64,000 nt of DNA, from positions 553,802 through 617,801 of the forward strand of contig JAHFLL010000001.1 of NCBI GenBank assembly GCA_023244895.1. Reading direction: 5' to 3'. Each line of letters opens with the position of its first letter. Within the stretch, counting starts at the first letter, position 1. A model generated the notes under the pieces. The model was not told the origin of the DNA. It saw only the letters and a program-made list of their open reading frames with translations, and made no database searches. The translations under genes and the position numbers were made by a program. Of the stretch, positions 35,930 through 45,095 are shown piece by piece. Source of the DNA: Candidatus Liptonbacteria bacterium (lineage in GTDB: Bacteria; Patescibacteriota; Minisyncoccia; UBA6257; 2-01-FULL-56-20).

Positions 35930-37425
35930 CGCGCGGTAGTGGGCGGAAGTTTAACTTCTGAAATTCTTGGAGTCTGTCTTAATTTGTCCGAAAATTGGGA
36001 GATGTTTTCGTAAGTTGGAGCCTCCCCGGAAATATCTACCCTAAGGTTATATCCGGGAAAGTTCATACGCACCAGGTCTATCTTGTTCTCATCCATAATC
36101 AACTTAAGCATTTTTGCCACCTCATAGCGTGGCTCCATCGTCTTAAGTGCGGCAGAAATCATACCAATAGAGCTATTAAAATCGGAGACTCTGGCCTGAA
36201 GCTCTCCTATCTCCTTGGCTCGCCCCACATTAAGATTGAGGTAGGTATTGTTTTGCTCAATAGACCTGAGTGTCTGGCGCAGAAAAATATCTCCACCCAC
36301 GAAAGCAAGAAGCAGTACGCTGAGCGCCACCGGCAAAAGGACCATCCAAAACTCTAAAAATCCGACCAGAAGGCCCCTTCTAAACTCTTCGCGAGCGCTT
36401 ATGCCAAGTAGACTTATCTCCTTGTCATCCCTGGGAGAAATAAGTCCCCGCAGACCGCTACCGATCGCCACAAACCAAGCCGGACTTATCTTCTGGGGAA
36501 AATTAAGCTCCAAACTTAAAACCTTAATTGAAAAATTACCCTGGATGATGCTGACCAGAGCCTCTTCTAAGCCGGTGGCGGCAATATAAAATCCAGCCAA
36601 GGGTTCGTTCCAATGAGTATTATAAAAATTAAGCACCTGGTGCACGCTGCGCACTACCTCTGACGTAAACTTCTCTTGAGAAATCTGCCTCTCTTCCCCG
36701 TAAATATTGTGCCAAGGCAAAAAATACTGAAAATAGATGTTGCCCCGACGGATGACCACGAACTCCATACCACTGCCATCCACGCTTAGGGCCAGGTAAG
36801 ATTTCTCTAAATTGAAACCCGCCCCCAGCTCCCGGATGGCTCTGGCTAAAGCGGCGGCGCGAGATTCCACGGAATGGACCTCAAATCCCATGTCCTTGAG
36901 AGATTGGGCGATTTCGTCTACTAAGCCCCGCTCAATAAAAGCGCTCAGAATCTCTAACCGCACCGCGTTCTGGTCTTCCCCTACCAGCTGCCAGCCGGAA
37001 TAGTTTTCGGAATCTTTCTTGGGAGAAGCCATCTGAATATTAAGCTGGACGGCCTTCTCCAGGTTCTCTTCCTGAATCATGGGCAAAGAAAAGACTTGGC
37101 TATAGACGCTAACCGAGCTCAGAGAAACAGCCACATCTACTTTTTTGCGATTGCCCTGGATGGCAATAATTTGGTCCTTAAGTTGCCGTAAAGCCTGCCG
37201 GAAAGAGACCGGGTCTTGGATCTTGCCGGAAAGCATTAATCCGGGAGGCAGACGTAACACCGTTAAATACCAACGTACGCCGTCCCAGCAGGCATAGCGC
37301 AGGGCGGTATCCGAGATTTCCAGACCGCCAATCACTGGACTGACCTTAAGTAAAGAAAGTATTTTGCGCCAAGGCAAAAAACCGGACAACTTTCCCTGTA
37401 AATCGTTAGGAAGTGATAGGTTCAT
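35863..37425 (-). CDS. Type IV pilus assembly protein, PilM (actin-like) fused to a PilN-like TM/periplasmic segment
   Basis: N-terminal 350 aa have the PilM/FtsA-like fold pattern; then a TM (LVGFLEFWMVLLPVALSVLLLAF) and a coiled-coil/periplasmic region, which is PilN-like. Confidence 0.65.
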   Translation of the reverse strand: MNLSLPNDLQGKLSGFLPWRKILSLLKVSPVIGGLEISDTALRYACWDGVRWYLTVLRLPPGLMLSGKIQDPVSFRQALRQLKDQIIAIQGNRKKVDVAVSLSSVSVYSQVFSLPMIQEENLEKAVQLNIQMASPKKDSENYSGWQLVGEDQNAVRLEILSAFIERGLVDEIAQSLKDMGFEVHSVESRAAALARAIRELGAGFNLEKSYLALSVDGSGMEFVVIRRGNIYFQYFLPWHNIYGEERQISQEKFTSEVVRSVHQVLNFYNTHWNEPLAGFYIAATGLEEALVSIIQGNFSIKVLSLELNFPQKISPAWFVAIGSGLRGLISPRDDKEISLLGISAREEFRRGLLVGFLEFWMVLLPVALSVLLLAFVGGDIFLRQTLRSIEQNNTYLNLNVGRAKEIGELQARVSDFNSSIGMISAALKTMEPRYEVAKMLKLIMDENKIDLVRMNFPGYNLRVDISGEAPTYENISQFSDKLRQTPRISEVKLPPTTARQNPEKGNWSFSISFKISPKAK

Positions 37426-37859
37426 AAAGTTAGTTGCTGCCAGCTCAACATGTCCACCTGCCCGGTGGAAGAGCTTACCGACATTATGGCTCGTATTTTT
37501 CGCTTTCTCTGGCTTACCCCCGCTTCGGAAATTATAGTTACCTGCCCCGCCACCGGCGTATTTTGAGAAACTGTCACGGTCGCGCTCGCGCCGTTTACCG
37601 GAACGGTGTAGCCAACGCTCGCAAAATCTTTATTACGATTCAATTGCATAATAGCGTCGTTTGCTCCCGCAGAAGCGGCGGCGGCGGCTTGGTTGGCTGC
37701 TTGAAATCCGAAACCGGAATTTACGAAAGTCACTACCAAAAAAGCCATGGATAGACCCGCCATGATAATGATACCACCAATTAGAAAAACTAAGGAAAGA
37801 GTAGCTTGGCCTCCCTTGGGGCTGGGACGGGAAACGTGAAATAGGTAATGTAAAAGCAC
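37422..37859 (-). CDS. Pseudopilin-like small membrane protein lacking the conserved Glu5 (GspK/PilX-like?)
   Basis: KGGQATLSLVFLIGGIIIMAGL resembles a prepilin leader plus hydrophobic helix but without E5; embedded in the pilus locus. Confidence 0.4.
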   Translation of the reverse strand: MLLHYLFHVSRPSPKGGQATLSLVFLIGGIIIMAGLSMAFLVVTFVNSGFGFQAANQAAAAASAGANDAIMQLNRNKDFASVGYTVPVNGASATVTVSQNTPVAGQVTIISEAGVSQRKRKIRAIMSVSSSTGQVDMLSWQQLTL

Positions 37860-37891
37860 GGACTAATTATAACTCGCGCGGGGGCTACATT

Positions 37892-38764
37892 CTACCTACT
37901 CCAGTTCACCAGAACATCATCTACGCGAGGACTCACTCTCTGAGAGCGATCTGAAACTAGCACGACCCTATAACGGAAATATCTATAATCATTGAAATTG
38001 AAATAGTCCAGTTTCTGAGAAGTATCAGCGGCCGGGGTATAGTAGGTGTTCTCTGTGCCATCCGGTCCGACGAACGTCCAGGGACCGCTTGAGGCATTGC
38101 TGACCGCAAACTGGAATTTTACATCCGTATTGGCTGGCTCCAGGCCCTTCCAAACAAAAGAGTTAAGCTGGGCGCCTTTTGCCGTACCCGTATCGTAAAC
38201 CGTAGAGTCTAGCGTGCCCGTAGTTGAGGTCGCGGTCCAAGACGTTTTAGCCCGATAATTAGACGCTCCGCAAACATTCGGCTCTGCGCAGTTGAAGCTG
38301 AACCAACCTGCCACGTCGTTCCAGGCATAGTTATGAAAATCTCCATTATCTGGATCAATATAAACGCGATAAGTGGAACTGCTGCAGCCATTGTTATTGT
38401 TACAATCAAAACTAATCCAACCGTAAGTGTCGTTCCAGGCATAACCGGACAGGTTCCCCAATCCGTCGTTGGTCACACCATAATTACTGACTCCGCATAT
38501 ATTACCAGCGCTTGTCGTAGCGCAATCCAAAGAAACATCTCCGGCGCTAGAACTCGCGTAACCAGTTAGTTTCTGAGAGCTAACGGAAACGGTGTTGGTA
38601 GTATAAAGATCTATCCAACCGACGATGTCGTTCCAAGCCCAATGCTCGTTAGCGACAGAACTGATATTGGTGGCTCCGTCCACTACGATACAACCAATAA
38701 AAATAGCCACTAATAAAGTTGCTAATCCTATTGACTTGGTCTTGCGCTTAAGATTACTGAGCAT
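37892..38764 (-). CDS. Secreted/anchored protein with three tandem 'WAWND..GW.SF.C' repeats (unknown family)
   Basis: N-terminal TM; repeats HWAWNDIVGWIDL / GYAWNDTYGWISFDC / NYAWNDVAGWFSFNC about 40 aa apart; Cys-, Asn- and Ser-rich. Confidence 0.6.
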   Translation of the reverse strand: MLSNLKRKTKSIGLATLLVAIFIGCIVVDGATNISSVANEHWAWNDIVGWIDLYTTNTVSVSSQKLTGYASSSAGDVSLDCATTSAGNICGVSNYGVTNDGLGNLSGYAWNDTYGWISFDCNNNNGCSSSTYRVYIDPDNGDFHNYAWNDVAGWFSFNCAEPNVCGASNYRAKTSWTATSTTGTLDSTVYDTGTAKGAQLNSFVWKGLEPANTDVKFQFAVSNASSGPWTFVGPDGTENTYYTPAADTSQKLDYFNFNDYRYFRYRVVLVSDRSQRVSPRVDDVLVNWSR

Positions 38765-38790
38765 ATAAATGCAATCTGCTTGAAGCGGAG

Positions 38791-40059
38791 CTATAGGTTA
38801 ATCATAATCGACCCGGTGGAAGTAGTGAAATTGATATTGGTTGAGGAAGAAAAACGATTACTGACCGTGCTGGTCGGGTCGGTATACCCCCCACCGCCAG
38901 ACCAGTCGGACTGTAGGAAAATCTGACTACCGGAGCGGGTTAGATATGAAACTACCGAGCTTGTTGTTGAGCCCGGCCAGCCATAAACCACGGTTAGTTT
39001 TTTAGTGGACGGGTCCCAAGAGCCGGCCCCAGCGGTTATGTTGCCGCTTCCGTCCCTGTTCACATCATCTAGATAGAAATAACGATTATAAACTAGGGCG
39101 CGGTAGAGCTGGCTTATCTCGGAGGTGGACAGGGCACGGTTATAAACACGCGCCTCATCAACCAATCCGGCAAATTTATAGTTTAATCCGCTGTACCAAG
39201 TACCAATGAACATATCCGAAGCATAATTTCCCGCCACTGCATAGGGTCCGGCTATGCCGTCTTGCTGGCCATTTACAAAAACCCGCATATAACCACCACT
39301 GTCATAAGTCGCGGCCACGAAATACCATTGTCCCGCGCTTAAAGGGGTACTGCCATAGACGCTCCTTTGCGCGCTCGCGGCAGTCATACTCATATGCAAC
39401 ACTCTGGATGGCTGGACATTAAAATAGGGCAAGTAATGCCCCATAAACATGTTGTATGCGTTCGGGAAAGAAGAGGGATTGATCCAAGCGGTATAGGTGA
39501 AACCTTCCGAGCCAATATCATAGGCAGCAGAGTCCGGTATGCGCGCGTACTTGTTCGTCCCATCAAAGGAGCCGCAGCCATCTCCAAATTTACAACCGCT
39601 GGTCGCATGCACGTCCGTCTCAGTAGCGTTGTAATACATGGTCCCGTCCTGGACCGTAAAACTGGAATCAATAATAGAGCTCCCGACCTCGTCCATTTTC
39701 CAGTAGCCTACCAGACCGCTCAAGCTATCGATAACGACGCTTTCTGTTCCGCTCGCGACCGCGAAAGGAGAAGGGTTGAGTCTTAAAATATATTTATTGG
39801 CAGAACTGGTGGCGAGACTAGAAATGTTGTGCCAATCGGATTCTGCCCAAACCCGGACGTTGTCCATCATCTCCTTGCCTAGCGCGATAGAGACCTGCTT
39901 CTTAGTCCCGTCCGTACCACCCTTCATAGCTGGTACGATAATAGAAACCGCCGCCATAATCATAACTACCCCCACCACGGTAGCAATCAAAACTTCAATC
40001 AAAGACTGGCCACTTTGCCCATTCAATTCATTTTTATAATCATCTAGAATGTTCAACAT
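38791..40059 (-). CDS. Large minor pilin with C-terminal concanavalin-A-like/LamG-type domain (candidate tip adhesin)
   Basis: Prepilin motif GQSLIEVLIA; 380-aa globular region with a LamG-like pattern (many aromatic beta-strand signatures). Confidence 0.55.
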   Translation of the reverse strand: MLNILDDYKNELNGQSGQSLIEVLIATVVGVVMIMAAVSIIVPAMKGGTDGTKKQVSIALGKEMMDNVRVWAESDWHNISSLATSSANKYILRLNPSPFAVASGTESVVIDSLSGLVGYWKMDEVGSSIIDSSFTVQDGTMYYNATETDVHATSGCKFGDGCGSFDGTNKYARIPDSAAYDIGSEGFTYTAWINPSSFPNAYNMFMGHYLPYFNVQPSRVLHMSMTAASAQRSVYGSTPLSAGQWYFVAATYDSGGYMRVFVNGQQDGIAGPYAVAGNYASDMFIGTWYSGLNYKFAGLVDEARVYNRALSTSEISQLYRALVYNRYFYLDDVNRDGSGNITAGAGSWDPSTKKLTVVYGWPGSTTSSVVSYLTRSGSQIFLQSDWSGGGGYTDPTSTVSNRFSSSTNINFTTSTGSIMINL

Positions 40060-40550
40060 TAGAAACTTATTAGACCCGAAAAAGAAATGGAGATGGTAGA
40101 AGATATCTGGCTGCCGCCGGAAGTTATACCAATCGTGGTAGACGCGGAAGGAGCTCCGGTAATCTGTGAAAAAACAATGTCTTTGGTGGCACCAGAGGCA
40201 AGAGTGGAGGTCACGTAGAAAACCCTCTCGGGCAAACGATAACGACCAGCTTCTCCCGCGGCGGAATACTCGCTACCGGCAAACATGGCGTAGAAAGGAG
40301 CCGTGCTGGTAGAGTTCCAAAACCTTACCCCCCAACTGGTGCTGGATGATTGACTCATGGAATAGCTTTGTGCTTGACGCAGGAGCCCAACCATTTGACG
40401 CGCGGTAGAGTCCACCTCTGTTTTGCCTCTCCGACCCAAAAGGTTGATAAGTCCTACCGCGCTCAAAGCCACCATTAACGCGATAACTATCAATATTTCT
40501 ATTAACGTCATCCCCGCTCGGGACGAACCGCGCGCGGTAGTTTTTGCCAT
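40059..40550 (-). CDS. Type IV pseudopilin / minor pilin
   Basis: SRAG|MTLIEILIVIAL prepilin cleavage motif with E5; start trimmed to MAKTT to remove a 50-nt overlap with the pilC stop. Confidence 0.65.
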   Translation of the reverse strand: MAKTTARGSSRAGMTLIEILIVIALMVALSAVGLINLLGRRGKTEVDSTARQMVGLLRQAQSYSMSQSSSTSWGVRFWNSTSTAPFYAMFAGSEYSAAGEAGRYRLPERVFYVTSTLASGATKDIVFSQITGAPSASTTIGITSGGSQISSTISISFSGLISF

Positions 40551-40554
40551 TGAA

Positions 40555-41760
40555 TTAAAATTGGTTGGTAAGTTGATAGATTGGGACAATAATGGCCAGG
40601 GCAATGCCCCCGACCATCAAGCCCATCGCCATTAGAAGGATTGGCTCTAAAACGGACACCAGCGCGCGCACATTGGCATCCACATTAGAGGCATAGAATT
40701 CCGATATCGTCTCCAGAACTTCTTCCAAATGCCCCGCCCTCTCAGACACGGCGATAAGATTGGTTACTACCTGCGGGAAAATTTTCTCTCGCTTGAAAGA
40801 TTCTCCAATAGAAACGCCCTTGGCTAAACCTTCGTCCGCGATTCTGTTTAGGGCAACCCGGAAGTCTTCTGAGCCCACCACGTTAGCGGTAATCTTAGTA
40901 GCTTGGATAATCGGCAGTCCCGCCTTCATAAGAGCACCAAAAGTTGCCGCGAACCTTTGGACCGCCAGATCACGATATGTTTTTCTAACCACGGGCAAGC
41001 GACTTATCATTCTGTCCCCCACCCTCTTGCCCACTACGCTGAAAAAGAAAAAGTACGTGCCAAAACCAAGGACTAAGATGATGGTGGAGAGAACTCCAAT
41101 AAGATGATTATTGATGAAAAGCCCGAATCCAAAAACAATGCGCGAGAAGGTGGGAGGATTGACTCCGCTGTCGTTAAAAACCTTAGCTACTTTAGGTAGC
41201 GCGAAAGTAACTAAAAAGATAACTACAACCACCGAAGTAACAAGCAAAATGAGCGGATAGATCATCGCGGAGCGGATGCGATTCTGAAGATCCGCGTCTC
41301 TTTGAAGGGAGGTGCTTAGATCATCAAATGTCTTCTGTAAATTACCGGATGCTTCCGCGGCCTTGATTAGGTTCACCAGTACTTCCGAAAAATACTTAGG
41401 ATGCTTGGAAAAGGGTTCGTAAAATGGCCTGCCCTTAGTCAGGTTGTCGCGCACCTCTAGAAGGAAATTTTTCATGGCAGGATTTTCAAAATCCGCTATT
41501 AGTATATTAATGGCGGAAAGAAGATCTGTGCCCACCTTTAGCATCAGCGCCAGATACTTGGTCAAGAAAACCTTGTCCGTCAAAGTTATTCTTCCCCCGG
41601 TAAGCGAGATGCCCGTATCGGCTTGCTTAACGGGCTTAACCGCTACTGGACGCAATTCCTTACCATTCAGGTACTGCAAAACCCCCGCCAAGTCGTCCGC
41701 GTCGTAATCCGCTTCCACAACTCTTCCGGTTTTATCCGCCGCAACGTAGTGATAAAGCAT
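40555..41760 (-). CDS. pilC: Type IV pilus platform protein PilC (GspF family)
   Basis: 401 aa, 3 TM blocks, duplicated T2SSF domains. Confidence 0.85.
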   Translation of the reverse strand: MLYHYVAADKTGRVVEADYDADDLAGVLQYLNGKELRPVAVKPVKQADTGISLTGGRITLTDKVFLTKYLALMLKVGTDLLSAINILIADFENPAMKNFLLEVRDNLTKGRPFYEPFSKHPKYFSEVLVNLIKAAEASGNLQKTFDDLSTSLQRDADLQNRIRSAMIYPLILLVTSVVVVIFLVTFALPKVAKVFNDSGVNPPTFSRIVFGFGLFINNHLIGVLSTIILVLGFGTYFFFFSVVGKRVGDRMISRLPVVRKTYRDLAVQRFAATFGALMKAGLPIIQATKITANVVGSEDFRVALNRIADEGLAKGVSIGESFKREKIFPQVVTNLIAVSERAGHLEEVLETISEFYASNVDANVRALVSVLEPILLMAMGLMVGGIALAIIVPIYQLTNQF

Positions 41761-41823
41761 GCCAGTTTTACCCGCGCGGGCGGGTTATTTTATAACATCG
41801 ACCGAGCGGTTGTGAAACTGAGC

Positions 41824-41953
41824 ACCCCGCACCATTTCTGGTAGGGTTAGTGCTATAGCTTAATCGGAGCCGGGGCGCCTGCCTGCCGGCAGGCAGGGCT
41901 ACGCCTTTTATGTTTTGTTTGTTCATAATCATTGTTTGGAAATGGTGCGGGGT
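41824..41953. repeat. Nested inverted-repeat element: 15-bp terminal IRs (41824-41838 / 41939-41953) symmetric around a perfect 20-bp palindrome (41878-41897)
   Basis: agcaccccgcaccatttc...gaaatggtgcggggt, and cctgcctgccggcaggcagg centred within 1 bp of the IR midpoint; located in the pilB-pilC intergenic spacer. Confidence 0.6.
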
Positions 41954-42008
41954 AAAGGTGTTTGCGATAAATTTTTGCGACTTGGTCTTAAAATTTAGGC
42001 AAAGACCT

Positions 42009-43724
42009 TTACTCCCTGATAACCCTCAAAACTTCTTCCAGGGTAGTCACCCCTAACTGGACCTTTTCTAGTCCATCCTCAAACATAGTACGCCCGCCCT
42101 CTTCTCGTGCGAGCGCGCGCATTTTATCCAAATCAAAACCGGGACTGACTATCAGCTTCTTTATTGTATCGCTTACCGCCAATATTTCGAATATGCCGAT
42201 ACGGCCCCTGTAACCGGACTGACCGCAAACCGCGCAACCTTTACCTCGGAAAAACATTTTAGGCACGAGCTTCTCTGGCTCGGACATGTTCATTTCCTTC
42301 AGCTGACGCAAGACTATCTCTTTGTTTTCTGCGGATTCCTCATAGGAATACATGCAGGAGCTACAGGTTCTGCGCACCAGACGCTGGGCAACGATCAGGT
42401 TGAGCACCGAGCCCACCAAAAAGGGTGGTACGTCCAAATCGAAAAGGCGTGGCACTGCGGTGGGCGCGTCGTTGGTGTGTAAAGACGACAGGAGTAGGTG
42501 CCCGGTTAGCGCCGACTGGACGGCGATAGCCGCTGTTTCTTTATCGCGAATTTCACCCACCATAATAATGTTTGGGTCTTGACGCAAAAGAGCTCTTAAA
42601 CCGCTTGCGAAAGTAATACCTGCCTGAACGTTGATTTGGGACTGGTTGATGTAACGCATATTATATTCAATCGGGTCCTCAATGGTACAAATATTCACAT
42701 TCGGCTTATTTAAAAGATTCATTAAGGCATAAAGGGTGGTGGACTTACCGGAACCAGTCGGACCACAGACGATAAACATGCCGTAGGTTTTTTTCATATT
42801 ATCCTCCACTACCCGCGCGATTCTGGGCAGTATGCCTATCTCCTCCAAAGAGAGCGGCTTTTGGGCAGACTCCAAAAGACGCATTTCCACCTTCTCGCCA
42901 TAGAAGGTCGGCATAATTGAGACACGTACATCCACGGTCTGATTCACCACGTTGTGCCGGAAACGTCCATCTTGCGGTTTATAATGTTCGTCTATTTTAA
43001 GTCCAGACAATATCTTGAAGCGGGCCACCAGCGCGGAGTGGACCGACTTGGGAATACGAATGACCTCCCGCAATATGCCATCCACGCGATAGCGGATGAG
43101 AGTGGAATCTTCTAGTATCTCTATGTGAATATCTGAGGCACGCAGAGAAACCGCAAAGGATAAAATGTTTTCCACAATCGCGACAATCGGCAAGTCCGCG
43201 GCTGCCTCTTCTGTGGAACGGGACTGGTTACGCAAAGACTCTTGGACGTTGTCCTCTATTATCTTTTGAAAATCGTTTGTAGTTTTGTAGCCATAAATCG
43301 CGTAACCCCGATTAAGGTCCTCATTGGTGGCCAAAAATGGACGGATGCGCGTTTTGAGATATTGGGTTAGAAATTCCACTGTCTGCAAATCGTTCGGGTC
43401 CACCATGGCTACATCCAAAATCCCATCTGGCTCCACTCCAAAAATTATTGATTCTCGTTGGCGGGCGACTTCTTCCGGCAGCAACCTCAGGGCGGCTTCG
43501 TCAATATGACGCAAACCCAAATTCGCCATCTCCACGCCTAAAAGCTCGGCGATTATACCGTATAGATACTGGGCGTTCGCGATGTTTTCGGAAAGTAAAA
43601 TCTCTAAAAGATTTTGATTTTTGCGGCTGGACTCCTCCGCATAAGCGTCAAATTTTTCCGGAGAGATTATCCCGTCCGCGACTAATCTGCTCTTAAGTTG
43701 TTCCGCAGAAATTGGTAGCGCCAT
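42009..43724 (-). CDS. pilB: Type IV pilus assembly ATPase PilB (GspE family)
   Basis: Walker A GPTGSGKSTTL, Asp box, His box, C-terminal tetracysteine (CSSC...CAVC). Confidence 0.9.
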   Translation of the reverse strand: MALPISAEQLKSRLVADGIISPEKFDAYAEESSRKNQNLLEILLSENIANAQYLYGIIAELLGVEMANLGLRHIDEAALRLLPEEVARQRESIIFGVEPDGILDVAMVDPNDLQTVEFLTQYLKTRIRPFLATNEDLNRGYAIYGYKTTNDFQKIIEDNVQESLRNQSRSTEEAAADLPIVAIVENILSFAVSLRASDIHIEILEDSTLIRYRVDGILREVIRIPKSVHSALVARFKILSGLKIDEHYKPQDGRFRHNVVNQTVDVRVSIMPTFYGEKVEMRLLESAQKPLSLEEIGILPRIARVVEDNMKKTYGMFIVCGPTGSGKSTTLYALMNLLNKPNVNICTIEDPIEYNMRYINQSQINVQAGITFASGLRALLRQDPNIIMVGEIRDKETAAIAVQSALTGHLLLSSLHTNDAPTAVPRLFDLDVPPFLVGSVLNLIVAQRLVRRTCSSCMYSYEESAENKEIVLRQLKEMNMSEPEKLVPKMFFRGKGCAVCGQSGYRGRIGIFEILAVSDTIKKLIVSPGFDLDKMRALAREEGGRTMFEDGLEKVQLGVTTLEEVLRVIRE

Positions 43725-43794
43725 AAATTAAAACCTGCGCCTCTATTATACCAAAAGACGACCGTTTATTCCCGCGCTTGCCAAATAATGAGAC

Positions 43795-44379
43795 CTACAA
43801 GCTAAGCATTGAGCCAACTTCAAAGGCAGCGGCTTGAGTTCCCCCATCTGTTGACTCTACGTCTCCTCCTCCCCCGTTCTGATACCTGCTACTCTCCATG
43901 TTGGCGACTAATTTAAAACTGTGATAAGTGGACGTGGCGGCATAGGCATAGTAATAAGTACTATTGTTTATCGGGTCAATAGGCAGTTGACCGAAAGGAG
44001 AACCGGAAGTAATCGCACTAAAATTGACTGGCAACCAACCCGCACTGTTTACGGCACGAGAAGTGGTAGCAACGATCGTCGTGTATCCCGCCCCAAACCA
44101 GTAATCCGAACCATTTGTGCAACGAGTTCCCGGAGAAGCGCTTATGGAGACGTAACAAGTATCCGCGCTCGCCCCAATGCTCACCGTGCCGGTTGAGTCC
44201 ACCAGATACAAAGCGATGGCGGTCTTAAGACCAGTCAGATCAGCCATACGATTTGAGTCTCTGGCTTGCTTCAGCAGCTCGGCCGGGTTAAGGGTCAAAA
44301 TAACTACCACCGACAAGACCGCGACTATCGCGATAACGACCAGAAGCTCGATAAGAGTAAAACCTTTTGTATTTTTCAT
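43795..44379 (-). CDS. Type IV major pilin (paralog 1)
   Basis: KG|FTLIELLVVIAIVAVL prepilin motif; 194 aa. Confidence 0.85.
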   Translation of the reverse strand: MKNTKGFTLIELLVVIAIVAVLSVVVILTLNPAELLKQARDSNRMADLTGLKTAIALYLVDSTGTVSIGASADTCYVSISASPGTRCTNGSDYWFGAGYTTIVATTSRAVNSAGWLPVNFSAITSGSPFGQLPIDPINNSTYYYAYAATSTYHSFKLVANMESSRYQNGGGGDVESTDGGTQAAAFEVGSMLSL

Positions 44380-44403
44380 TTTATTTTTTATTTTAAATGT
44401 CGG

Positions 44404-44973
44404 TTACAGGGTCAGCATACTGCCAGTTTCATATACGGTAGTTACCGTACCACCATCCGTTGTCTCTACGTCACCACTGCCTCCGTTGGAGTAGCGAATA
44501 CTTTCCATGTTGGCGGCCAACTTGAAAGCATTATACGTACTTGTCGCGGCAAAGCCGTAGAAGTACGTACCGTTGTTGATGGGGTCCTTGGGCAATAAGC
44601 TGAAGGGAGCACCAGACGAAATAGCCGCAAAATTAACTGGTACCCAGCCGGTGCCGTTCGTATTCGTGGTGGTGGCCGAACCGGTGGAGGTGGTAACGAA
44701 AGTCGCTCCGAAATATCCGCCACAACGCGTGGGAGCGCTACTCGTAGTGGCATAGCAAACCGTATTACTACTAGTCCAACTGGTCTGCCCATCCGCCAAA
44801 TAGAGAGAAACCGCGCTCTTGATGGTGGACAAATCCGAGACACGATTTGAGTCTCTGGCTTGCTTCAGCAGCTCGGCCGGGTTAAGGGTCAAGATAACTA
44901 CCACCGACAAGACCGCGACTATTGCGATAACGACCAGAAGCTCGATAAGAGTAAAACCTTTTTGTTTATTCAT
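44404..44973 (-). CDS. Type IV major pilin (paralog 2)
   Basis: Same leader and alpha1 helix; C-terminal 60 aa identical to paralog 3. Confidence 0.85.
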   Translation of the reverse strand: MNKQKGFTLIELLVVIAIVAVLSVVVILTLNPAELLKQARDSNRVSDLSTIKSAVSLYLADGQTSWTSSNTVCYATTSSAPTRCGGYFGATFVTTSTGSATTTNTNGTGWVPVNFAAISSGAPFSLLPKDPINNGTYFYGFAATSTYNAFKLAANMESIRYSNGGSGDVETTDGGTVTTVYETGSMLTL

Positions 44974-45048
44974 TTACCTCGTTGTCGTTTTATTAAAAGA
45001 TACCAACCAAACCATGCTCGATAATTATACAATATTGAATCTCAACGC

Positions 45049-45077
45049 AAAACCCCCGGTAGGCGGGGGCTTTGTTT
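45049..45077. terminator. Bidirectional hairpin terminator downstream of pilin paralog 3
   Basis: cccccg-gtagg-cggggg flanked by T-runs on both strands. Confidence 0.5.
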
Positions 45078-45095
45078 GGTCTTATTGTCCAGAAG

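Noticed and set aside
41878-41923. Central palindrome in the pilB-pilC spacer as a simple terminator for pilB
   Set aside because: On the minus strand (the pilB transcript strand) the hairpin is not followed by a U-run; the T-rich tract is on the plus strand and is separated from the stem by 8 nt. It is better explained as part of the nested inverted-repeat element.
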